From the NCBI GenBank assembly GCA_013115145.1, contig JAAPAO010000001.1, forward strand, positions 268,529 to 332,528: 64,000 nt of DNA. Direction: 5' to 3'. Origin of the DNA: Perkinsus chesapeaki ATCC PRA-425 (taxonomy: Eukaryota; Protista; Perkinsozoa). Below, in pieces: positions 25,862-36,925 of the stretch; positions within the stretch are counted from its first letter, which is position 1, and every line of letters starts with the position of its first letter. The notes beneath the pieces are model-generated. The model saw only the letters and a list, made by a program, of their open reading frames with translations. It was not told the DNA's origin and searched no databases. The translations under genes were made by a program, and so were the position numbers.

Positions 25862-28315
25862 ATGTTCACTACTCTCCTACTTGGCCTCCTCCACTGGTCA
25901 GAAGCCGTCCACAATCTCACGGATTTCCTTAGCGCGTGAGGAGGGATATGCTGCAGGCAACATCACGGCCGCCAACCTCCACAACGACGCTGAATAAATT
26001 CGATGATATGATAATGATTCCATTCTGTCGCTCAGGCATCCCTAACCAGGGGGCCGTAGCCTCTCGCAGTTGGGTCGCTGGCAACAGCTGTCCTTTACAC
26101 AGCTAAAAGACCACTCACAAGGTAAATTCGTGCGGGCTAATAAGGAATGTGCTAGTCTAGCCCTGCTAAGTACGGGATAGACACAAGCGCCATTCAAAGA
26201 ACGCTTTCAATTTCTAGGTCCGAAAGCTGGCACCTTTTCACAGCAGTATCTGAATGACTCTAGCTCTTTCGATCCGAGAAAACGAGTAAGTCTCGCTTTA
26301 TGAATCATGTAGAGTGTTCTCAGCTACGTCTTCTTGTGTGATCGTCGTGCTCCCAATAAACTCCTCGCAATAAGGACATTCAGAATTCTAGAACTTTATC
26401 AGGTATTCTTCTTGGCCATAAGCGATGTGGGTCTCCCACATGTACTTGCTGGTACCGTGCTTGACATGGAAGGGGTGGCGCGGCGAGCTGGAGCGGCCAT
26501 GTTCGTACTGGAAAGGAGGCGAGGACAACTCGAACGCCTATCTTGCTCTTCTAAAATCTGAAACTTAGGTACGCTGGTACTAGCTTTCCCACACAAGAAT
26601 ACTCTACCGAAACGCTCGAGAAGTTCTTTTCGATGGAGCAGTTTGTCGCTGATGTCGCAGCCTTCGCGAGGCACTTACAGGCTAACATGCCTGGAGTGAA
26701 GATAGTCCTATTTGGATGCAGCAATGCCGGGGTACGAATCTCGCACTACTCGGTCAAAGCCAAACCGAACGTTTCAGCTTATCGCCGCCCTGGCCCGAAA
26801 GGAACACCGGGACATCTTCATTGGAGCTGTCACGTCCTCAACTGCATTCAAGTTTAAACTGGCAAACGATGAGTCGGTCATCCGGGAAGTTTGAGTGGTT
26901 TGGAATCGGTTACATCACCGGCTATCTGTATAGAGTACATCTGGGCTTCATTTAGCCTGGGCAAAACTTATATAGCTACGACGGCGTGCAAATCGAAATT
27001 CTGAGCTCAGAATTACACGTTCTTTATGGCTGTGATATACCGAGTCTTCTCAGGTTCTACTCCTTCGTATCCCAGGAGTTGTCTAACCCGAGCCTCGGAG
27101 GTAGTCCACAATGTCTGGCTACGGTGAGTCATAAGAACCATCGCCCTTGGGCAGTTCAACTGCCGTAGTTGTAATCTCTCGTAGCTTACCAATGCACACA
27201 TGGATTTTGTCAAGTCCATGGAGACAGCTGAAGGACGCCGAGAGGTCGAGAAAAAACTTGAAATTTGTGATGGGATCCTCGACGTTGTGAACAATCAGAT
27301 ATACACGTAAATATTAGTACTATTTCAATTCTCATTTATATCATTGAACGTGTTAGCACGATTGAGGCCAACTTACTGGGGGTGGATCTACAGTATAATG
27401 ATCCTAGGACAAATGTGGATTATCGCAACATAAAGAAGATATGTGGTAGACTCACGGAAGGAAGGTGAGGTCAAATTTCAGCTTCTGATATCGTCCTTCT
27501 TATTCAGTGATGCTGCGCTCGACAAGCTGGCTGACATCTACAATACAAATCAACCGCTGCCGCCTCTCCATTGTCGAGGGATAACGGCGAGTGACGTAAT
27601 TGATTTGTAATTTAGTGGGTTAGTGGGTATACAGTTTCAACTTTAATGTGTTTTTCACGGAAAGCCCGATATTTGCAGATTTAAGAATAGAATGGACAAC
27701 AGCCCAGCAAGGTTAGGGTTCTTCGAAAAATGCAACACTGAAGGGTTCCTGGAGTGCAGCAGAGGAAGCTGTGCTTTCTATACAAGTAAAAGCTGGGTTG
27801 ATTTCTGGCTCATGGCGTGTAAAGAAGGCTTCGGACTGTCCAAGGATGAGGTATGCTGTTGTGTACATTGTACACTGTACAATAGATCACGTGATTACGA
27901 AGTGGCAAGATACTTAAGAACATCGCAGACTTTCAGCGGTACGTTAAGAAAGACTTGAATAAAACTAGAAATATATTATCCATTAATGGAGATGCCGATC
28001 CTTGGTATCCATCTTCGATCACTAAAGCAAGAAAGGGCCTCGATGTTATGTGGGTGAGATATCAGAAATATAATAACCAACTCAAATGCCTCCGGTAGGT
28101 GAAAGGCGCGTCACATTGCTACTGGTGTACTCACTCCAACGAGTAAGTAGTGAGAGTTGCTTATGCACGGAAGCTTCTCCCTAGCGGTCAAGGTTCTGTA
28201 ATTCTATTATTGACTTTGTGGAGTTCTTTTTTTGCTTACCGTAAAGTTATCCGGTTGTTTAATCAGGGACGTCGTAAACGGCATTCTCGAAGTTGTGGAT
28301 AAGTGGCTTGCCTAG
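25862..28315 (+). CDS. Peptidase S28 family serine protease (PRCP/DPP7/thymus-specific serine protease-like), multi-exon, probably secreted
   Basis: Spliced translation gives FTQLKDH..TFSQQY, LERRYAGTSFP..QFVADVAAF, LFGCSNAGLIAALAR..GAVTSS (nucleophile Ser), NGDADPW (Asp), GASHC (His) and ..ILEVVDKWLA*. Hydrophobic N-terminus. The 5' exon structure is uncertain. Confidence 0.85.
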
Positions 28316-28347
28316 CGGAGCTGTGCATCTCATAATCGCAGTCGGTG

Positions 28348-30026
28348 ATGATTAATAGCCAGTCGGTGATACCGTATCAAGATGCTCACTTAGCGTCCTT
28401 GAGCATCGTATGCTTATTGTTCACCGCTGTCACTAGTATGAACGGCTCGGCTCTGTTCTATCGTTGTGGGCCGTGCTTTAATAGACATTTTTAGCTCGCC
28501 AGACTCGTCATTTCGTAGTCAGCTGTTACTGGTAGAGCAGCCGACAGAACTTATCAACCTCATCAAAGCACCTGTTTGTCGTTTAGCACTAGTTGAGTTC
28601 GAAGTTTGGAATGGAAACCGCGAGTAAGGAAGTCCAGCAAGGACGCTCAATCAAGATGCTAATGTCACGTTGCGTGCCTGGGTAGCGGATGTTGAACAAC
28701 GCGGTAGAGCATCCGATGTCCTAATGAAAATGAGACACTGTCTCGGAGACACTATCACATTAATGTAACGCCGTGACTGAGCAGAGACATCACATACCTG
28801 GAAGTTAATCTCAGGATCGACCACTGCTCCGACGAGCTCAGTAGCTGCACTGTGGAAGACCCATTACACAAAGGTTTGGAAAGCGATTTAACGCGGGGAA
28901 AACGGTTCTTCAGAGGCTCCATCATAAGCTCGAGTAAGTCTTCGCTCTATTACCGAGTTTTAAAGGCTAGCTTCGGTCTACGTATACTTCTGGTGGCATC
29001 GTGTCCTACACGTGCTTCAGTGGACGACAGCCTTTGAGCGTCGTTCTTCATGTTTTTGAGCCCATACAGCGTATAGTGAACAGTACTCGGGATATGTAGA
29101 AATTCCATGATTCATGAATTTGTGCCCTGAATCATAGTTCAGGCCTCGAACCGAGATCTGAGGTCTGTTTAACTGCGAGCATAGTGCCTCAGCGATAGTT
29201 TCTACGGTTCTCTTATGTTACAAATCAGGGACCCCGACTCAAGGAGAGATTCCCGGTTTAGGCACAGCGCCGTGGATGCGCCTTCTCCCTTGATGTTCCT
29301 AATCAGTCTGAGTGTATCGACGATTTGCGCCAGTTCCCTGAAGGCAGCCGCCAACACAGTAGAAAGAAATAATCCCAGACCTTATTTCAGCGACAAGTAG
29401 CGGTTTCACTGTAAGCATAGTTTCCGTGGCACTCCCAGTCTATCCAATGTGCGAGCTCGGCTTAATGAAGCAACAGAGGAATGGCGCGGACGGCTAGGCG
29501 AACAACAGAGAGAAGCTCGACGCCTCTCCGAATCGATCGATGAGAAAAGAGGCCTACATAAGGCTAGAGGATATTTATGCAAGTAGGAAAGGCTTATATG
29601 TCAGAGACCATCCGAGTGTATCGAACCAGGAGCCTTCAGCCTAATTCGCTAAGCTATTTAAACTTGAAATATTTCCAGACTTCATGCATTCTCGAGTGTA
29701 TTCTGCAGGTACTGCAATACACAAGTCAACTTACTCAAACAAAGCTTACAAGGAGACGAACAATAATGCTCGGCAGATGAAGGCTTCGACTCGCCTGGTT
29801 TTATAAATGACATAGCTCATTCAATCGGTAAGCCAACCGCGCTGCACGAATTATCGTATCTGGGAGCTTGTAGAAACTCGGCGAGCCAAGCGGTACAACC
29901 AACTCTCAAAAATTACGATCGGCCTCTTGAATGTGGAAAAGGATCTCCGTTTATTGTAAGGGACTCAAGTGACATCTGATTATAATGTGCTTGAGTACAA
30001 GTTCAAACAGCGGCCTGTTGCCCATA
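28348..30026 (+). CDS. Uncharacterised multi-exon gene, interrupted by or fused at the duplication breakpoint
   Basis: Series of short open exons with GTAAG/GTAGG donors and pyrimidine-AG acceptors; hydrophobic N-terminal stretch SLSIVCLLFTAVTS. No recognised domain and the full model is not resolved. Confidence 0.35.
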
Positions 30027-31935
30027 AGGATACGACCACGTATGGGACTTGATCGATGAGGTTTACTCCGACCATCTGGTGAAGGTGCGCTGGTGCCGGC
30101 AACTGAGAGTGCGATGCCTACCTGCCTACCCGTTAGGGTCCCCTACGGAGCGGCATAAAGGAGATTAGGAACACATGGCGGAAGGTCGGTTTCAAAAGTA
30201 ACAGGCAGCGGAAACCTTCAAGGCGGCGAGGGCAGGGATCAAAGGAGGACAGCAACAGCACCACTACCAGTGGCAGCGCACTCGGCCATGGAAGCTCCAA
30301 ACCCTCCACGACGAGCACCAAGCGGAAGCGAGAATCTAAAGTGAAGGACCCTCAGGTGACCGTTCTTCCTTGCCATTCCGGGCTCGAAGTCCTCTCCCAG
30401 GAATTGCCTCTTGATGCCGCGGAATCACAGTCTGGTCTACATGCGAAGAACGTTGCCCTGTGGTGGTGCGATGGTTGCGGCTGGAACTCTGAGAAATCCT
30501 CTGATTCCCTAGAATGTGCATCATGCAAGGTGCAGGTACATAAACAATGTGCCGGTATCAACTGGGGTGAGCTCGTTAGTCCACCACGGTTTGATGCTTT
30601 ATTTCCCTTTAGGTACGGAAGGCCTCTGTCAACTGTGTGCGTCCGTGGCCAAGACGGAAGGGGCATCTCTGGACGATATGAAAAACTTCGGATTGGAGCT
30701 CGTCTCGGAGCGCAGCCCTTGCAAGATATGCAATCAGAAGTAGGCGAACTCCGAGTGGGCTGATGAAGATGATGGCGACTTTGCTCAGTTTCCTCGATTG
30801 CACAAGCGACTCTGGTGATGTTGTTCGAATCGGCCTGTATATGGTGGCTGCAGGTTGCCATTGGGCGCATGCTTCATGCAATAAATACTCCTCTCAAGAG
30901 CCCTCCTCGACATGCCAATTTGAAGACCTTTGTGGCGGCTTAGCCGGAGCATCAGTATGCTGTAAAGCTCCTCACTGCCAGATTGCTGTTCACGCCCTCT
31001 GCGCTGCCTTTCGGTTTCGGGTGACTCCCAGCGAGCCGAAGTTCACTTGTGACTCCCACCTTGCCGTTGGATCACCAAAGGCATCGTCGCTCGAGGAGAG
31101 TGAAGCCTCTCCTGATTCGAGCAACTCACGGTACCACCGCAACAAGATCCAGTTGATGGAGTCGCCGATCGCCAGTAGAAGGCGCCGACGGCGGCCCGAC
31201 TATGAGATGCCCAAACCTGCGGAGCCACCGAAGGTGCCGCTGTTCGAACCGGAAACCCGCCGAGAGGCAAGCTCGCCGTCACCGCCGCCCGGAGGGACGG
31301 CTGCTGCTGGCAACGAGCCAACACGAAAGAGTTTTCGAGGAAACAACATTGCGGATAAGATCGCCGCAGCCCTTCAGGATCCCGAAGACGCGCCGGAGGA
31401 GCGAACTCGATTGATGCAGGAAGCACGAGTTATAGAACAGAAGCTTCACGAGAGGGAACGGAAGGGAGGATACCTCAGCCTGGCCCGCCAGTTCATGAAG
31501 TTCCTGGCAAAACGTGATTCAGTGCCACGGATACAACTGAGAAGGCATGAAGTGGATGGCGCGTATGTCGGGATGTTGGAGCCTTGGCAATTGCAGAATG
31601 AAGAATCTTTGAAGGAGCGTGAACGGTTGGATGCCAAAAACAGAAGGATGGTTACTCTCGGGGATATCAACCGAGATGTGGATGACGACATCCCTTCACA
31701 TGACGTGGAGGCCACTACCGCCCCAACGGAAGGCCTTGCGATCGGACTCAACGGTTTGCCGGTAATGCCAGATCCATCGCCCTCTGAGCGAGTGCCGCCC
31801 GGAGAAGGTGCAATGAAGAACGACATACCGTCGCCTGACTATGTTGATCTGATGGAATCAGAATCGGAATATGATGGTGAAAGCTCCGATTCTGAAGCGA
31901 CCAAGAATCGTCGACGTGCATGGTGGGAGACTTGA
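30027..31935 (+). CDS. PZP (PHD/ePHD) gene copy 2, lacking the 5' part of copy 1
   Basis: Same exons and frames as copy 1 from GYD(H)VWDLIDE onward; the ATG and first exons are absent. A few substitutions, e.g. WAHALC to WAHASC. Confidence 0.65.
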
Positions 31936-32275
31936 TTGTTCCGATTTACCTCCGTGCACTCCAGCGACTGTTACCATTACTTTACGTTGTTGACTTGACT
32001 TAGTAAGATCTACATAGCATTAGTTATCATCCCAATACGATTGACTTCACTATTATCTAAATAGATAATTTGTTTCGTTGTGATTAACAATTAAAAGCGA
32101 ATCAGAACTCATCCAATACAGTCATACTAACAACTCAAAACCTGTTAAAGTAAAGATCTCAAAAAACGACACGTCTTTACGGCTATTTCATGAGTTATAT
32201 GAAAACACTCACAAGAATTTAGTTCATTGGTATGTTAGAAGAACATTTATTTAATCCATTACAGTGGTGGAGTTA

Positions 32276-33780
32276 CTAGAGTTGATCGTCAATCTTCTCA
32301 CCGTTCTCAAGCGCTTGCTCCAACTTCACCAATTTGGCGCATCCCTCAACCATAATATTGACCAACTGAACTTCGCTCTTACCAATCCTATCCTCGTTGG
32401 AGATATCGTAGATACCACCAACAGAGGCAGAGTCGACACCAGAACCACCACGAGCTTGAAGACCAAGCTTCTTGCAAATAGCCTTAAAGTCTGGTCTAGC
32501 AGAGAGTAGTGGAACCTTCATCATAGCTGAAGCACGGAGGCCAGTTCCCAAGTTACTCGGGCATGTGAGGATGAACCCGAGGTGGTCGTTGTGCATGAAG
32601 TCGTAGCCCTCGCTCTTCAAAACATCTTGTACACCATTGACGGCGATGCAGAATCGCTTGAAAATTCTCTTAATATCAGCACCCTTCTCCATGGAGATAA
32701 TTCTCATGTGATCTTCCTCATTGAGCCAGACGAGGAAATTCTTTTCGTCATTGTGGAAGATGCCGCGAGCATCAGGCCAGTGGCGACCCATTCCGCTGGA
32801 TAAAAGTAGAGTGGAATCAGGTTCTTGGAAAAGGAAGTGATTCTCTCTCATGTCTTCTTCCTGATCTTTCGACATTCCACCGGGCTTCGGCTCGTAACTC
32901 TGCGATCCATGAAGAGGGTAGTAGTCACCCTTGAGCTCCTCCTTAAGATTGAGGAGACCCTTTACAATAATGCGCTCGAGCTCACGCCTCTCCTCGAAGG
33001 TAACACTCGGGGGCAAACGAATGCCACGAACCGAGCGACCAGTGCGGACACGAGTGGAGATGACGTACCTGAAGATAGGTCAGATCCGACGAACTGCAGA
33101 CAAAAGCCAGACGGTCGCCTGACTTTCCAGTGGGATCGATGGGGGTGTCGGAGACCTTGGAGAAGTCAAGGTCGGTGGTATGCTTCGCGTCAGCAGGGAA
33201 ACCACCATGGCGACGATCAATTACAGGATCGAAACTGAAAAGGGAAGACATTAAGCCTCAAACGTCATATGAAACCTACAGATCCTTGAAAACTTCGTAG
33301 CTCTCTTCATCTCCAGCAACAAGGCCAACGGTCTTGATGGAAGGGTGCCCGGGGTTGTCAACGCCGGTCTTGAGGCATTTTCCAAGGTTAACACCTGAGA
33401 AGAGCGTTCATCTGGCACAGAGACACGACTGGTTACCATTCTTTGTAGTCTTCCCCTTCAGCTTCTCGTAGATTTCTGGTTTTTCGCACATCAGTTCTGC
33501 CATATAGCTGCTGTGTTTGGACAAATCAGGCAACTTCTCCGGGAGCTGAAGGGACAGAATGGAACGTGATAATAATTCTCCAAGGCACAGTGGAGCTATG
33601 GAACGTTAAAGGCGCAGTGGTAAGTGTCAATCAGTGATTGGTGAGAAGTCTTACATTGTCGGGATCGAAAGTTGCCTTCTTCTCCTCGCACATATACTCC
33701 TTGTCACCGAGGCCTAACTTGATCCACTCGGGGAGATGTTCAACGGTGGGGGCCAGTCCAGCGGGAGGGTAAGAAGCCAT
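32276..33780 (-). CDS. Creatine-kinase-type phosphagen kinase, copy 2
   Basis: Intact frame and splice sites. Differs from copy 1 by a few residues (PTG/PAG, DSRH/DRRH, FDE/FEE, WVN/WLN) and intron indels. Confidence 0.93.
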
Positions 33781-34175
33781 TGTCTGTAAGGGGAGAGAGG
33801 GTGCGAATAAAAACGCTGAGAAAGATCGTCGAGCACCCGGAATGACACGACCAATTATATACAAAGCAGACTCACGCGAGCGCAGCCGGTCTAAGAGTGA
33901 TGGAGGAGTAGGGGGGAGTTGGATACAAAAGAGACGATAAGCAGGGGCAATTGCGGTTGAGACGAGACTGTAACTTCATTTCTAATCGATTTGGGACGCC
34001 CTTTATTGGCGAGCCAACACACGACTGGGCGCGCGGGAACTTGCGCAAGTGGAATTGTGGACAGAGGCAGAGCACCAGGGTCGGATAGGATACTGTCTAG
34101 AGCAAACTGTAATGTTTACATAGCATTAATTAAACGCACGCGATCACACTTATGCATTGAAGGAACGGCTGAAAA

Positions 34176-34248
34176 AGCCTTCTGCCGGAGTCGAACCGAC
34201 GACCTCCCGCTTACTAAGCGGGTGCTCTACCAACTAAGCTAAGAAGGC
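34176..34248 (-). tRNA. tRNA-Thr (anticodon AGT)
   Basis: GCCTTCT TAGCTTAGTTGGTAGAGC A CCCGC TTAGTAA GCGGG AGGTC GTCGG TTCGACT CCGGC AGAAGGC T: perfect cloverleaf, followed by a T-run terminator. Confidence 0.97.
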
Positions 34249-34572
34249 GTCGAAGCTGAAATGCCTCAGGCGACGGGTCTTGTGCAAAGGAACCTACCAT
34301 ATTACTCGGATCAAATTCAAATGCTCCAGTCTTTGTTCCGTAGTCTCTACCGAACATTGTTCCGAAAGCGGTAGCGTAGTTGCTGAGCATGTTGTACGAG
34401 AGATGGTGACAAACCCATTAGCCACGGATTTCCCAAAATATACTCCAACAACTACGGGTAGTCGTCCCACAACAGGCATAAAGAGAAGCTGACATCGAAT
34501 ATGTGGTTCCTATCGAATGCGAAGGGACTAGTTCGAAACAGACCAATTATCCAGATCACATTATCTAACATC

Positions 34573-34653
34573 AATGATGGTACATCATTACCATTGGTAA
34601 CTTACCAACTTGGTAAGTTACCAAGCTTACTTGGTAATACCAAGTAAGCTTGG
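34573..34653. repeat. Chain of four overlapping perfect palindromes
   Basis: Arms of 7, 6, 15 and 16 bp with 3-, 1-, 1- and 1-nt loops (34573-34589, 34588-34600, 34594-34624, 34621-34653). Confidence 0.95.
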
Positions 34654-35276
34654 GACGCCGGGACCGTTACAACAATCAGAATGAAGTCTGCTCAAGTTTC
34701 CAGCCTATAGCGTTACAGCGTAGAATTCACCGCCACTGTAGTACATCGGGAGTACAGGGTTGTCACCCCCGCATGTAGACAACTTTTCGTAATACACTAA
34801 GAAGTAATCATCCAATGTATAGCAGAAAGGATAGGACTACTCATGCAGACTCTGGTAAACAAATGAAACTCGGCCGCCGAGTCTCGGCGATTCCACGGAT
34901 AGCAACGTGACGTTGGGCTCTGATCAATGATGACTCAATAAACCTTACAGGCTCGGGGTGCCCAGGTACGGAATACTGCGAATTCTATCCAGATAGTGCA
35001 AAAAGAGATGATGCACGTCACCGTCACCAGCTGGTGATCAAGCTACTGCCGCGGATTCCCCAAATTGGGGACCCCAATACCGTATTGGCAATACGAACTA
35101 CACGCCCATTAATGGGAAATATTTTCGCTCGCCATCAGTTATTTCTGAAACGCTTTACGAAACGGCTTCCCAATAAGTTTCGTATTCACTCATGAAAATA
35201 ATCTGTCGTGGGGTAACAGTTCGGACCATCAGAATCTCGTGTCCTCCTCAGCTCGGTTATAAGCTTACTCAGTTAA

Positions 35277-35682
35277 ATGTCAATACTGACTGCCTTAGTT
35301 CTCGCTCTCGCTCTCATGAGCACTGCCGTGGGAAACCCGTACCCACGGTTTTCGCCGGCATGGTGGGCCTGGGAGCAAGAGTGTGGCCAGGGCCACGTGG
35401 TACCGAATGAGGGGTCCGGCGGGTGCTGGGAGGAAGGCATGACCTCAACCAGCCCCACTCCTCTACCCACCACCACACCACCGCCGGATGATATCGGCTC
35501 GGAGACAACTGAGAGAAATTTCCGAGCCCACAGAAGCAGTGGATCGAGGCCCATGTAAGTTTTGCTGAGGAAAATTCACTAAATTACTGTATAACTGTAT
35601 AAAGACTCTCTTGCTTTTGTTCAGGCTCGATCTAATTGGGTACTGTGGGTTGCTGACTTTGGCCCTCTACGGCGGTCTGTGA
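35277..35682 (+). CDS. Small secreted, predicted GPI-anchored protein; NPYPRFSPAWW family member 1 (111 aa, 2 exons)
   Basis: Signal peptide, NPYPRFSPAWWAWEQEC-x13-C, Thr/Pro-rich stalk, phase-2 intron 35555-35624, hydrophobic tail LDLIGYCGLLTLALYGGL*. Confidence 0.85.
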
Positions 35683-36925
35683 AGATAATCAGCTCATCAA
35701 AAGGTACGTTCGAGTGAGACTCGCTCGAGTCGTGACTACGTAGTTCGTACGTAGTGATTCACGACTCTTGAACTTCACGACTCGTGGATTCAGACACAAT
35801 TCAACAACGTGACTCTTCCTCAGTTACCTCGGACCCAGGCCTTATTTGATGAGCACCAGTGGTGGTAATGCCATCCCTAATTAATATGACTGAGACGGGT
35901 CCAATCGTACATTGCAGTGTTGTCATAAAGATATATCCACATTGTTGAGTTACGAGTTAAATTCCAAGGTTTTCGATAATATTTCATAACTCTCAAGTCG
36001 CGACTACATGGATTTCTACTAGTCAGCGTTAGAAAAGAAATGAGGCAAGCTTCAGAGTCTGACCATACCTCCAATTTAGAAAAGAGGAGTTGCACAGCGG
36101 AAGTTGCGCTTGTTAACCGCGCGCGCCCAGAAATGGGCCCCCAACGTAAAGTACGCGCACAGTTTGTCCACGTCCTACCACGGCGCCACAATTGCCCGTA
36201 CTACCATTCATAGGACTCTCCACCAAAGACTGTAAAGTAGTGTCTCTGACCGCTAGTAGGTGACACCCCACCAGGGTTTTACATCACTAGGTGTTAGTAA
36301 CACCGTGTTACCTACTGCGTGATACGAGATCCAGACTTCAGATGGACGGGGTAGGCGCGTGGGAGTGACATGCGTTTGTAGACTGACGGACAACCAAGGG
36401 ACATGGGCCTGAGCGAATTGAAGCTTAGCTCAAACCACAACGTGTGCAAGACTTAAACTTCAAGTTGAAATACCCGAGATGGAGATAATCCCCAGGGGAT
36501 TCCCCATCGGGGAAATTACTGAACGTTGAGTTACTAAAAAGCGAAGATGCACGATGAAGCCGTGTCAGGAGACCACTTCAATAGCGGAGGGACTCTCAAG
36601 CACAGCAGCAGACCAGCCGTAGCCACTGGCTACTAGCCAGAGGTATTGAATTTCCATTCACTAACAACCAAACACCAACGAAGAAAGAAAATGTCATGGA
36701 GCTCATGGCGAGTCAATTATACAAATGGTTTCAATGGCAGGCGCTGTGCTTGCGTCCGTTCAACAGCTGCCGTCGAAGGGACATCAAATGCAACATGACA
36801 TCATCGTATTCACAGCGTGACCGTAGAATAACAGATGCTGGAGATCCGGTCCTGTATGGCGTCAACGGCGTTGAGCCTCGGAAATTGAACCTACATGAAT
36901 CCAGCTCAGGAACGCGACTACCACC

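Larger units (their letters stand above)
30027..33999. repeat. Segmental duplication of ~19537-23525 (offset ~10,490 nt)
   Basis: Near-identical sequence from AGGATACGAC.. (19537 / 30027) through the PZP 3' exons, intergenic DNA and the whole kinase gene. Identity drops after ~23358 / 33846 and ends near GATTTGGGACG. Confidence 0.97.

Noticed and set aside
36617-36640. CCGTAGCCACTGGCT resembles the start of the Perkinsus/dinoflagellate spliced leader (CCGTAGCCAT..TGGCTCAAG), suggesting an SL relic
   Set aside because: Only the first 9 nt match exactly and the CAAG end is absent. The sequence is fully explained as a chained palindrome (GTAGCCA-c-TGGCTAC, CTGGCTA-c-TAGCCAG).
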